The notes under the pieces are model-generated. The model was given only the letters and a program-made list of their open reading frames with translations. It was not told the DNA's origin and made no database searches. The position numbers and the translations under genes are program-made. From a virus, in the IMG/VR virus record IMGVR_UViG_3300047094_002183, positions 2,286 through 66,285 of that record: 64,000 nt of DNA, one strand, 5' to 3'. Positions 49,701 to 59,200 of this stretch are shown here, one piece after another (positions within the stretch are counted from its first letter, which is position 1; each line of letters opens with the position of its first letter).

Positions 49701-51368
49701 CGCGACGTTCTGCATCGCTTCTTCTTGGCTCATCGCACCATAGACAGGCTTTGCAAACGCGCCGGTGTCTCGCATGACCTTCGTCGCGGCGAGTACGTGC
49801 GCTGTACTTTGCATGGTGGTGCCTTTGGCGACGCCCAGCATGTCGCCCATCGCGCCCATGTTGGCAGACAACCCCGCCAGCTGCTCAAAACCAACGCCGC
49901 TTTCTTTTGCCAGCGTTTGCATCTGCCGCAACGCCGTCTCGACTTTGCCGCCGCTAACTTGGCTGCCCGCGCCCTGTGTTAACTGATCCAGTGCCGCAAG
50001 CAGTGCCGGCATCGGAGCGTTGGGATTGCCGTTGTCTCCAAAGATCTCGCGCACGGCGGCTACGGCGCCGGTCATTTCTTTAATAGCGCCGGCTGAGCGT
50101 TTGGCGTCAACGTTGCCGGCCATTAGGTCCATGCCAGCAAGCTGCTCAAGCTTATCTACAGATTTTGCGCCCGTGTCACCGCGCTGCGCTTTGTCTAATT
50201 CTTTAAACGTTTCGCCCAGTGTGTCTTTGAATGTGCCCAGCTTCGACTCAAGCTCTTTTTTCTGGCCTTCGGCTGTCTTGCCGCGGTACTCGGTGTCTTT
50301 CATCAGCTCGCGGTGGCCATAGTCGCGCGCCAGCTTGTCCATAGTTTCTTCGTCACGGCCAGAACTCTGGATGAGCTTCACGCGATCAGCCGCCGACATA
50401 GACCCGAGCGCCTGCGGTAACTTACCGCGTTGAAACATGTCTTCCGCAAGCTGGCCAATCTGCCCGGCCATAAACCCGTGCATGTCGTTCGTGGCCATCT
50501 TGTCGGCACGTTTCTTCAAGCCGCCGACTGTAATTTCGGTGTCTGACAGGACGCCGGCTTCATTCAACGCGCGGTCGAACTTTGTTAGTTCTTTTGCCTG
50601 TTCTTTAAGATCCGTCGCTTTGCCGCCGGAAACGTACTTCTTATACAGCTGGTCAACGCGGGTTTTAGAGTCGTCTAGCTCCATTAGCCGTGTGCTGGCC
50701 ATATCATCAGACACGATCTCTTTTTCTTCCGCGCGGGCGGCTTTTTTAAGCCGGCGCGCGCTGTCTGCGTTACCCTTGCGCGTTTCGTCGGCGAGCTGTT
50801 CGGTGTTGCCGTGCGGCTCGTACAGCTCGTTGTAAATGCCAGTGCTGTAGCTTTGCAGCCCCTGCGCGCTCATGCGCCCGCCGCCAGTAGGGTCTTGGCG
50901 AAAATAGCCGATTTTATTAACACTCTGCGCTAGCGCACCCACGTCGCCCTTGCTGCCGTGGAAGGCGGCCTCAAGGTTCTCTGGCCCAACAGCTGCGCCA
51001 AGTAAGGCTTTGGTCACGGGATTGTTTAACATCCCGGCCATGTTTTGCGCTTGTTCGTGATTGAGCTGTGTCGCCGGCGCGTTTGTGACAGCAGCCCGCA
51101 TACCCAGCAGGCGCGTGGCAAGATTGTCGTTGCCCGCGGCATTGGTGTTAAACGTGGCCACCCGCGTATCGTTCTGGTATGCCCGCATGGCGTGCTGGTC
51201 CATGACAGCCTGCGTCGGCATCAGGTGGGGCACGAAATTGCCCGGGCCCGCCATTGCGCCCATTAATGGCCCAGCAAACATGGCCATCAGCTGGCCCAGA
51301 TCGCCGCTGCCGGGCCCCATATTACCCGGATTATACGGCGTCGGGTGTAAAAATGGGTACTGCGGCAT
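46779..51368 (-). CDS. tail tape measure protein
   Basis: 1529 aa, A/G/K/M-rich and helical, downstream of the tube and chaperone genes. Confidence 0.75.
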   Translation of the reverse strand: MPQYPFLHPTPYNPGNMGPGSGDLGQLMAMFAGPLMGAMAGPGNFVPHLMPTQAVMDQHAMRAYQNDTRVATFNTNAAGNDNLATRLLGMRAAVTNAPATQLNHEQAQNMAGMLNNPVTKALLGAAVGPENLEAAFHGSKGDVGALAQSVNKIGYFRQDPTGGGRMSAQGLQSYSTGIYNELYEPHGNTEQLADETRKGNADSARRLKKAARAEEKEIVSDDMASTRLMELDDSKTRVDQLYKKYVSGGKATDLKEQAKELTKFDRALNEAGVLSDTEITVGGLKKRADKMATNDMHGFMAGQIGQLAEDMFQRGKLPQALGSMSAADRVKLIQSSGRDEETMDKLARDYGHRELMKDTEYRGKTAEGQKKELESKLGTFKDTLGETFKELDKAQRGDTGAKSVDKLEQLAGMDLMAGNVDAKRSAGAIKEMTGAVAAVREIFGDNGNPNAPMPALLAALDQLTQGAGSQVSGGKVETALRQMQTLAKESGVGFEQLAGLSANMGAMGDMLGVAKGTTMQSTAHVLAATKVMRDTGAFAKPVYGAMSQEEAMQNVAEREMRGNASTNAMGMATLKALYEASPGKYAGSEMEAAIKAYSDPNSDGTYEDPKTGEKKNIKEVIGKGGIQAAGEMFERAGGTQSQFSTTYYDPTTKQHVQAGFGFSTQKYEVARDINNAETSNAIHSNIATYASKNAGSEFAKLSKKDRNELSHDAGAALTDLIIATSDMERGEQITHIQKNMEASLTDVFTKRGHANPAAAAKEAMTAMIGADSDTQRAELQEMIAGANAFYGFQTGGKNLASLAQTDAHGRGAKISKQFQTSQAIAKRKGQFGGQEAGPLQGMSDYLFEIAQSGENFTYEGAMQATLKSIPDSELRQRYAKEMTGGFTALQNATRDASYTNKDIDAIAKSGDIKKLRELGGMKTDPADKDFVTIYSDAKMTEKRDTEIAAMTPEAVKKAYADHIGGGESLTHADRLKELKTNSKFLGAVDSKLLKPNEMTMADATQKAKDVSSGTAKTPADKARLEDLDKIRASFFKGEDPDKVQAGVHAAIRQFGALGVDAAQSEKLHKLVMGNDEASKEALQKEIGGMRFASEQHKKDFTAILTAQQAGKQLMLDAAGFRPEADKQLTAPPHQPNERYKPDAAHTPAAGAAAPASAAPAKKQTTWEWLLGLPGSIDPTQEKKEDAALAPPGGTTREVDTPEVAALKKEREAIQEPMTADDAYMARTEAEHAAAERDLPNSKTPVKDKKNVKTQEEEIIAQRAAKKMGLSVRGGYQRDREIAQVNGVIVKNTDDRYLGGKLLDPKVLDEVEQEYYAAKREGKSPYSPEAQKIIAVDEKIEQEKKKQAEQQAAAVKTANDQAIVQQSTGMSPEDIAAAGEEPTGTTPPTPEQNIPKPSAAPTETAQTTPKSSGDSLWSSVTKKVMAVANSALGISMPDAKQGGDASQTASARSGVAAAQTTAINSRNVDPGMTGSKETQKLSISGTLSLQGLNEAIVTARGTQPIATEGGGAPIVMDPPRTPIDNFAPKD

Positions 51369-51380
51369 TGGGCGACTCTG

Positions 51381-51767
51381 CTATTTATCGGCTGGTTTTT
51401 CGGCGCGCCAAACTTTGTACTTATTAACTAGGCGCTGCGTCTCGTCATCTATTGTACCTTTTTCGTCTTTATTCTCGGTTTTTACAGCCCACGGGAAAAC
51501 AAGGGCCTGTAATTCAGTCAAAGTGTCTGTCGCAGAGCCTTTGATATTTTTAAAACTGTCCTCGGTAAGCGACCCGTGAGCGACATAGGCGCACCAATGC
51601 CGGTGCAGGTGTTCTGTCAGGGATTGTTCTTCTCGGCGCTGTAGCTCGGTCAGCAGTAATCTGTGTTTTATCCGCCAGTTTATGTCTGTGGGATCGGCAC
51701 GGGAGTAGTCAACCGCTCCCGACGCGGCAGCGCGCACCATATACGCTGCTATTCGATCCCGTTCCAA
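51381..51767 (-). CDS. tail assembly chaperone, T-like part
   Basis: Directly upstream of the tape measure; overlaps the previous gene in the -1 frame (TTG 51767, or ATG 51740). Confidence 0.55.
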   Translation of the reverse strand: MERDRIAAYMVRAAASGAVDYSRADPTDINWRIKHRLLLTELQRREEQSLTEHLHRHWCAYVAHGSLTEDSFKNIKGSATDTLTELQALVFPWAVKTENKDEKGTIDDETQRLVNKYKVWRAEKPADK

Positions 51768-52759
51768 AAACTTGGTTCAAGCGCCATGGCTTCAAGAGCT
51801 TCAACCAGCCTTTGGAACTGCCGCAGGTGCGTTGCGACAAGGCGTCGTGTTACTTCTTGGGCCAAAATCTTCGTACTTACAAACTCTAACTGTTTTACAA
51901 GTGCTGTTTCCAGCGGCTGCTCTGGATTTCGCGTAAACGGCATCTCGCTCAGCTCTGGTACCACCGCGATAACCTTGCCCGCCTTGTCTTTGATATCTTC
52001 TAGCGAGCACGCCAGCCGATAATCCATCATCTGGACGAACCACTCAGCTTCTGTTGCAACTTTGTTCTCTTGCTGGTCTAGGACAAGCTGCCGATAGATC
52101 AGTTTGTTCTCGTCGGCCAGCAAACCCCTGAATGTCACGATAATTTTGCCGCCAAACAGCTCGTAGCTCTTCTTGAAGCGCGTACCACCAAGCAACGTGG
52201 CCAAAAAGTCTTCTTTATCGCGGTCTGTCGGCTGCACCTCGAACTTTTGTCGCATGTCCCAGCCGCAGCGCGGGCAAAAAGGCAGAATTACCGACTGTTC
52301 CGCCGGCGGATTGGCGATAACGGCAGGTTCTTGCGGTACGTCAACCTCGATAGTCGGTTTTTCCATCTCGGGCGCAGGCTCTTTGCTGATTTCAGCGCGA
52401 TCATCGACGATCTGCGGCGCTTCTGGTGGCTGCGCCTCACCTTTTACGATTTGCTCGTATACCGCACGGGCGCTGGCAGACAGGCCAGCTGTTTTTTGGT
52501 CAATTTCTGCTTGCTGTGTCTTATCCGCCGCGTACTTTTTGGCGGCTACCAGTAAGTTTTTAACTTCTTCAACGCTTTCGGGCGTCATTACAGCCAAATC
52601 GACTAAAACATCCGTACGTTGAGACGGCGGCAACGTTTCTTTAATGCGCAATAACGTGTCGCTGAGCGCTGTCGGCAGAGGATCGCCTTCGACCCAGCCA
52701 AACTGCGCCAGTGTTTTCTTTGTAAAGTCAGAAAAATACGGATTTTCTACCAATTCCAC
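51749..52759 (-). CDS. tail assembly chaperone, G-like part
   Basis: 336 aa, GTG start with AAGGAG Shine-Dalgarno, CPRC motif; call from synteny. Confidence 0.55.
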   Translation of the reverse strand: MELVENPYFSDFTKKTLAQFGWVEGDPLPTALSDTLLRIKETLPPSQRTDVLVDLAVMTPESVEEVKNLLVAAKKYAADKTQQAEIDQKTAGLSASARAVYEQIVKGEAQPPEAPQIVDDRAEISKEPAPEMEKPTIEVDVPQEPAVIANPPAEQSVILPFCPRCGWDMRQKFEVQPTDRDKEDFLATLLGGTRFKKSYELFGGKIIVTFRGLLADENKLIYRQLVLDQQENKVATEAEWFVQMMDYRLACSLEDIKDKAGKVIAVVPELSEMPFTRNPEQPLETALVKQLEFVSTKILAQEVTRRLVATHLRQFQRLVEALEAMALEPSFWNGIE

Positions 52760-52776
52760 AGCGCACTCCTTTGCGG

Positions 52777-55665
52777 TTACTTTCTCGGGATAATCGGGTA
52801 CGTACCGTCCAGTGTTTGCTTATTGTTATCTTTGAACTCGGGGTTTTTGTACTCGCCGGACAGGCTTGGCGCTGTACCACGAGCCTTATCAATGTACCCG
52901 CCGTTTTGCTGCACGATATTAAAGTCTTGCTCGACGTACGTCTGCTCGTCTTTCGTCCACTTTTTACCCGGGAACGGAAACGAGTCGGGCCCCGTTTTGA
53001 CTTTCACAGGCTTTTCTGTCCATTTTTCCGGGCTACCAGAGCCCAAGCGCGCCATCTGCTGCCAACGGTCTTCGTACAGCACAAAATCAGGGATGTTGTA
53101 GTCGGCGTCGGTGCGGAACGAAAACTCAGCGATATCCATAACGCGCGCATTGCCAGCTTTTTTATCTGCGTACCACAGCTGTTCTAGCAATTGGTTATCA
53201 ATCTGCGCGCCGATTTGCGGTATTTCGTCGTCAATAAGCTTGCGGATCTCGTCAATGGCTTTGTTAACCTGCGTTTGGCAGTCGCCGTCACAGGGCGCCA
53301 CGAAAATAGCGCCTTTTGCCGCGGCCTCTGTAACAATGTGGCCCTTTGCGACCAAGACGCTGGCTTTTGATAACAATCCACCGCCCGCAATGATGTGGCT
53401 TTCAGTGCCTAGCGGCCCAGTCAACAGCGTAAAGTTCTCTGAGAACATGTTCGCCTTCTGGTAGTCGTTCATGCCGAAGAACTGATAATGCCGACCTCCG
53501 CGCTGCAAGAACTCATAGAAGTTATTCGACTTAGTAACGATCTCTTTTTCACCCTTGCCGGCGTCGATGGTGATGTTGCCCGGCTTGATTGAACTGCCGC
53601 CGCCACCCGTGCGCAGGTAAATCTGGTGTGCCAAACTGACAACATTGGCGTTCGGCGCGCGCAGCACAATGCCGGCAAATTTAACGTTATCACCGCTTTG
53701 CTCGAAATCGTAGTTCGGCGTTTTCATGCGGCTTTCAAGCAAAATCCCGCCTTCTTTTTCGGACGAGTCGTTGCCGGCGAGCACCATCACGTTGGCCTCG
53801 GCCTTAATGCGCACATTCTTTTTCGTCGCAGAAATGTCGACCGACTTGTACGCTTTCTGGATTACATCGTTGCCCGCCCATGTTTGCACGTCACGGCCGC
53901 CCTTGAGCCATACGTCGCCGGGCGCGGAGATGAACACGCACCCGCCGGACATGCGAATCTCAGCGCCGTAACCGTCTCCGATAACTACACCCCCGTCTTC
54001 CAGCAACGACACGAACGATTCTGTCTCATAGAACTTCTGTTCGCCGGCCTTTTCATACCGATGGTCAATTTTGAATGTCTTCGGCTCTTCTTCCTTGAGG
54101 TACATCTTTGACGCAGCAAGGTCTTGAAATTTTGGAATCTTTTGATTGACCTGCGCGTACTCTAGCTCTTGCTGCTCCCACGTCTTGTAGTCTTTCGCGT
54201 GCCAGTAAAAAGGATGCAGCCCCGCGTAATTAAACAGATAGCCGTGCAAGTCGAGAACGGCAGCAGCGCGCTGTAAATTAGGGTAATCAGTGTCGGTAGC
54301 CTTGATCGTACCGGTAATCGAATGTTCTGGTCCTTCGCCGTATTTGCTCGCTGCCTTGTAGTTTTTTTCAGCGTCGTCGCCTTCCTTTTGATCTTCCGGG
54401 CGCTTAATCCGTTGCGGCATGGGCAACAGGATCCGCTTGGACAGCACAATACCTTTGGCCGACGCAAAGAATAAACGCCCGTCTTGCGCTGTGTTTTCTT
54501 CGCGCAAACCGTAAGCGGGTTTCGGGTTGTGATCTGTCAGTTTGTCGCCGCCGCCGCCGCAATCAGGCGCGCCACCCCCTTCAGTCTCAACGCGAGAGTC
54601 GTAAGGCGTTTCGCCGGGGCTGCCCTTTTTGCCGTCATACGTCCAGCGCTCTAGTCCGGGCGGCGGCGCATGAATAACATTACGGCTGCCTTGTCCTAAA
54701 TAGCCAAAGAACTGCTGGGTGCGATGGTACGGCTGCTGAAACTCGTGTTTATTTTCCCAGTGCGCATAATAGGGCTTTGCCGACGAGCACTGGTAATCTG
54801 CGGGCTGATACTCTTCAATCATTTCGCCCGGGATTAGCATGCCCATGGCTTCCCACGGATACGGCGAATAACCCTGCGTATCGTTGCACTCGGCTTGATC
54901 CATGAACGCCTCGCGCTCACTGCCGGCCGTCCACACCTGCATGTTATAACCGGCCACCCGCAAGAGGGAGTCGTGGTAGAAGCCGTACACGCCGCAAAAC
55001 TCGTTCATCGACACGCGGAACATGAAATCGTCCAGCGTGACGCCCGCGCCCGTACTGGTGATGGCGCCCCATTCACTGGCGAGCGTGGCGTCCCACGCCC
55101 GCCACGCGCTGTAATCGACCATTTGCCCGCTTTGGGGCTGCTTCAGGTACTTCTTGTGTACGTCGTCTACGCGCTTCCTAGAGGCCTGTGAGATATAGTC
55201 GTGGTAAGCGCGTTTACCGATATCCAATACGTTTGGCACGGCGCCAAGGATAAACCCTTTAAACTGCTTATCGTGCGCCATGACGATAACGCAGGTGCCG
55301 GGAGTGTATGTATTGATCTCCGTGGCGCCAAAAGCCACGCCACTGGTCCCAGAACAGGCCGTGGCAATAATGGGCGTAAAACCCTTTTCTAGATGCACGC
55401 GGTAGCAGTTCGCTATCGACGTGCCGTCCATGATCCAGCCCAAACATAGCCGGCCAGTATCTTGGAACCCCGTTTTAAAGCCCGTAAGATTGCAGTTAGG
55501 GTCGGCAACCGGGGTAGTGTGGGCACCATACGCTGTCGTCGTAGTCCGCCCGCCGTACTGCGTCTGGTTTTGCAGCCGGCGCGTGGCTAACGTCGGATCA
55601 TTGGCGTACGGCGGGCTCGACGCGGGCGTAGTGCCCACCCGATGAGCCGGGGGGTCGATGCTCAT
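52777..55665 (-). CDS. gp5/VgrG-like central spike/hub protein
   Basis: 962 aa; N-terminal OB-fold-like segment and beta-helix-like SFVSLLEDGGVVIGDGYGAEIRMSGG..FISAPGDV. Confidence 0.65.
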   Translation of the reverse strand: MSIDPPAHRVGTTPASSPPYANDPTLATRRLQNQTQYGGRTTTTAYGAHTTPVADPNCNLTGFKTGFQDTGRLCLGWIMDGTSIANCYRVHLEKGFTPIIATACSGTSGVAFGATEINTYTPGTCVIVMAHDKQFKGFILGAVPNVLDIGKRAYHDYISQASRKRVDDVHKKYLKQPQSGQMVDYSAWRAWDATLASEWGAITSTGAGVTLDDFMFRVSMNEFCGVYGFYHDSLLRVAGYNMQVWTAGSEREAFMDQAECNDTQGYSPYPWEAMGMLIPGEMIEEYQPADYQCSSAKPYYAHWENKHEFQQPYHRTQQFFGYLGQGSRNVIHAPPPGLERWTYDGKKGSPGETPYDSRVETEGGGAPDCGGGGDKLTDHNPKPAYGLREENTAQDGRLFFASAKGIVLSKRILLPMPQRIKRPEDQKEGDDAEKNYKAASKYGEGPEHSITGTIKATDTDYPNLQRAAAVLDLHGYLFNYAGLHPFYWHAKDYKTWEQQELEYAQVNQKIPKFQDLAASKMYLKEEEPKTFKIDHRYEKAGEQKFYETESFVSLLEDGGVVIGDGYGAEIRMSGGCVFISAPGDVWLKGGRDVQTWAGNDVIQKAYKSVDISATKKNVRIKAEANVMVLAGNDSSEKEGGILLESRMKTPNYDFEQSGDNVKFAGIVLRAPNANVVSLAHQIYLRTGGGGSSIKPGNITIDAGKGEKEIVTKSNNFYEFLQRGGRHYQFFGMNDYQKANMFSENFTLLTGPLGTESHIIAGGGLLSKASVLVAKGHIVTEAAAKGAIFVAPCDGDCQTQVNKAIDEIRKLIDDEIPQIGAQIDNQLLEQLWYADKKAGNARVMDIAEFSFRTDADYNIPDFVLYEDRWQQMARLGSGSPEKWTEKPVKVKTGPDSFPFPGKKWTKDEQTYVEQDFNIVQQNGGYIDKARGTAPSLSGEYKNPEFKDNNKQTLDGTYPIIPRK

Positions 55666-55728
55666 TGATTATCCACCAAAAATGGTGTGGTTACGGGTAT
55701 AAAACCCAAGGCGTTACCGCCTAATACC

Positions 55729-55765
55729 TTAAACGGCGGTTGCGTAAAACGCAACCGCCGTTTAA
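55729..55765. terminator. perfect 17-bp inverted repeat after the tube gene (terminator or stabilising hairpin)
   Basis: ttaaacggcggttgcgt-aaa-acgcaaccgccgtttaa; the U-tract is short. Confidence 0.65.
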
Positions 55766-55793
55766 TTACCGACATAAATAGCAAAACCGCAAA

Positions 55794-56237
55794 TCAGGCA
55801 TAGTCAATGTCTAAAAACATGAAACCAAGGTTTTCCGTGATCACGACATCTTGCGCCGTGACGCTGGCGCCCAGTTGCGTGAGCGTTGCCTTTTTCAGCG
55901 TATACGTTACGGAACCGCTAGTCCCGCCGCAGCCGCCGGCGGCTGTCAGTACGACGTCCTTGGGCGTGCACATATCGCCGTAGTCATTGACCAGAGTCTT
56001 AAAGTTAGCAGTGCCGCCCACAATGCGACTCAGCTGCGCTTGACCCTGACGCCGATTACCGACGTAATACACGTTTGACGAACCGATTTCATACAGCGTG
56101 TTAATCTGCCGCGTCAGCGTGAAATTAACTTGCTGTACGAGCGCACCCGGGCCGCCTGCTCCGCCAAATGTCATTGTCAGATCTTCAGCGCGAAACGAGC
56201 CATTGTGCGTTTGTTCTTTACCGAAAGGAGATGCCAT
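55794..56237 (-). CDS. tail tube protein
   Basis: 147 aa directly after the sheath; RQINTLYEIGS motif. Confidence 0.8.
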   Translation of the reverse strand: MASPFGKEQTHNGSFRAEDLTMTFGGAGGPGALVQQVNFTLTRQINTLYEIGSSNVYYVGNRRQGQAQLSRIVGGTANFKTLVNDYGDMCTPKDVVLTAAGGCGGTSGSVTYTLKKATLTQLGASVTAQDVVITENLGFMFLDIDYA

Positions 56238-56282
56238 AGTTCACCTAAGTGTTGTGAAGTTGACTGCTTAACTAATTTGAGA

Positions 56283-59200
56283 TCAGACCACCAAGTGCAG
56301 CTCAATGTTGTTGAGCGGCGCCGGGACAACAAGGTCAAGAACGATTTCAATACGATCCTTCAGCAGCGGATGAATCTGCAGCTTGCGGATACTACCGCTG
56401 ATGAGCTGCGACCCAAGCTCTTCTGTGTAACCGTTACTCGACAGGAAATCGATCACGGCTGTGACTTCGTATTTCAGCCGTGCGACCATACCCGGTTGCG
56501 CGTTGGTGCGGCCGATAAACGGACGCAGGCGGCGCAGGAACAGGTACGACATGCTATCCACGTTGCGGCGGATCATCTCTTCCCGACGATTCAGGTCGAG
56601 GTTGTCCGTCGTCAGCGCATGCCGCGTGAACGGCGTGCCGTCCTTGTCTTCAGTCACGATCCACGTTCCCGCCTCGGCAAGCCGATTAAGCTGCGTTTCG
56701 TTGAAGTACTTGTACGACCGGCTGTAGTCGTCAAAACCGGCGACTTCCACGTTCGTCAGCGGCTGGTGGGGCACAACACCCGACACCAAACCAGCCAGCG
56801 CGGCCGACAGGTAATAGCCGGGCTGAACTGTGCCAGCCTCGCCAACCTGATCGGGCCACACTGCGCACACGCGACGATTCGACAGCGAACCAGCCTGTTG
56901 CACAATGTCGTCAACGACTTCGTTGCGAGTACGGTTGTGATAGATCTCAACGCGCTGCGGCACGGTCACGGCGACGTCGCCGCCCGAGTACAACAGCAGT
57001 GTCGATTCCGAAACAACCGCGTCTACAACGTATTCTTCGTATTGCTCTTCACCGAAACCGTCAACAGTGTAGTTATACCGAACGACGTCGCCCGGACGCA
57101 CGTCGTTGGTGATGAAATAACCGTTGCCCGACGTGACCGTAAGCCGCGTGTACTGCGTGTTGGTCGCATTCGGATCATCCGACAATGTCGCCAGCACGGG
57201 GTCGACTACTTCTTCGCCAAGCACGCCTGCGATCAGCGCGCCCTGACCAGCAACCTTCGCTACCGGGTGCGCCTTCACGGCGAAGAACCCAGCCTTCCAG
57301 TTGTTGGCGATCTCGTTCGACTCGCCGCCGATGTGCGCCGCCCACAGGTTCTGCACCCTGCGGTCGAACGTCATCGGGACAAGGTTGTACATGTCGTCGC
57401 GACCCTTGATGCGCTCAAGCACTTGCGCCCATTTGGCGAGGTCCGGTCCGAGCGAGCGGCCTTCCTCGTCAAACAGTTCGGGATCGGCAACCGCGGTGTA
57501 CTTCACAACTGTACCATTGCTGTTAGAGAGCGCCTTGTACACGCCCCATTTCAGCGGGTTATCGGGGTCAAGCTGGCCCTTGATCTGGTCGAGGTTAGCC
57601 ACGTCGCTGATCGAGTTGACCTCGTCGGCCAGCTCAGCCAGCCACTCGCGGTACTCGACGTACACCTTGCCAGCCATGACGTTCAGCGGCTGCTCAGCGC
57701 CGGCGCTTGTCCACTCAGGGTGGTAAGCGACGATGCCTTCTTGCACGCAGATCTGGGTATCCTCGTACCAGAAGTTCGTCATCGGCGCGAAGCCAATGCG
57801 GTTCTTCGAGATCTGGATATCGTCCTTGATGAACAGCTTGAGGTCCATGTCCTCACCGCTGATCAACTGGCAGGTTGCCGTAGCTGTTACCGACCCGCCG
57901 CCGGCGGGCGGCGCCGCAATCGTAATAGTCGGGGCAACGGTGTAACCGGCGCCACGATTTGTTACGGTGATGCCAACAACCTTACCGGCGTTGTCGCCAG
58001 TACCGAGCACAGCCGTGCCAGTAGCTGTCGCAGCGCCAACAACACCTTCACCCGGAGCCGAGAACGTTACCGCGGGCACAGTGCCGTATCCGCCGCCGAC
58101 ATTCGTGATGCTGATCGGGCCCACCTTGTCGACCGGCACGTTGTCCTGCGTCAGCAGTGCAACCGGCAGGTCGTCGCGGAGGATAAGCTTGCGCACCGGG
58201 CCAGCCTGACTGGAATTCACGGTGATGTACCACTTGTCGCCCTTGCGCAGACCGGGCACAGCGTAATCGTCTTCTTGACCGTCGGTGAACGACTTAAACT
58301 TCACCTTCACGCCGTTCGTGCCGATGTTTACGCTGACCGCGTTGCCACCGACGCCGTCGCCAGCCACTTCAGTCGGGCCGGAGAAATCGAGGCCCTTGAC
58401 GGTGCGCACGGTGATCTCGGGGAGATCAGCCCACACGCCGCCCTTGGTGCACTCGATGACGTAAGTGTCGTTCTTGGCACCAGCGTAGGCACCCAGAATA
58501 TCAAGGTCGCCCATCACGCCGTTCACGGACTCACCAGTCGCGTTAACGCCGTCGGCGTCCGACACCGCTTTGACCTTTTCGTAGGTCTGCTTAACGTCAA
58601 ACTTCCACTTCTGGCCGACCACGAACTGGTCGAGGTTGACTGTCGTGAAACGTACCGACAGGCCGCGTGTGCCGATAAAGGTCACGCCATCAGCATCGTC
58701 GAAATCATTCGGCTGAATTTCAGCCACGTCGTCGGTGCCACTGGCAGACGTGACGCGCAGACGCGCGGCAGCGCAACCAGCCACCGAACTCTTAACAACT
58801 TCGACAACGTACTCTTCCTCGACGTAACCGGCGGCAAGGCCGTCATAATCGTTGGCGCCTTCGTCCTCAGCATCCAGCACGGTCACTGCCACGCTGTTGT
58901 CAACGCCATCAATTTGCGAAACTGTAACGTCAACGCCGTTAACGCTTAAGGCTGTATAACTGTCTTGGTTGTTTACGTCAGCCGTCGCCGGCAGAATGCG
59001 CGACGGCACGAGGTCGCTGGCAAAGCCAGTGACGTACGTGCTAAGCACAGTCTCTTCGCAGTCGTTGTCGGCGCTTACGCTCCGAAGCTGAACGACGTCG
59101 CCGAGCTGTACGTCACGATCAAAAAACACACCGGATCGCGGGTAGGCCGCGCCGTTCGACTTGAACGACAGCGTGCTGGACTGAATCCAGTTCATCTTGC

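Noticed and set aside
56130-58949. 939-aa + strand ORF
   Set aside because: It is antisense to the sheath gene, R/V/H-rich with no motifs, and is the expected shadow of strongly biased codon usage.
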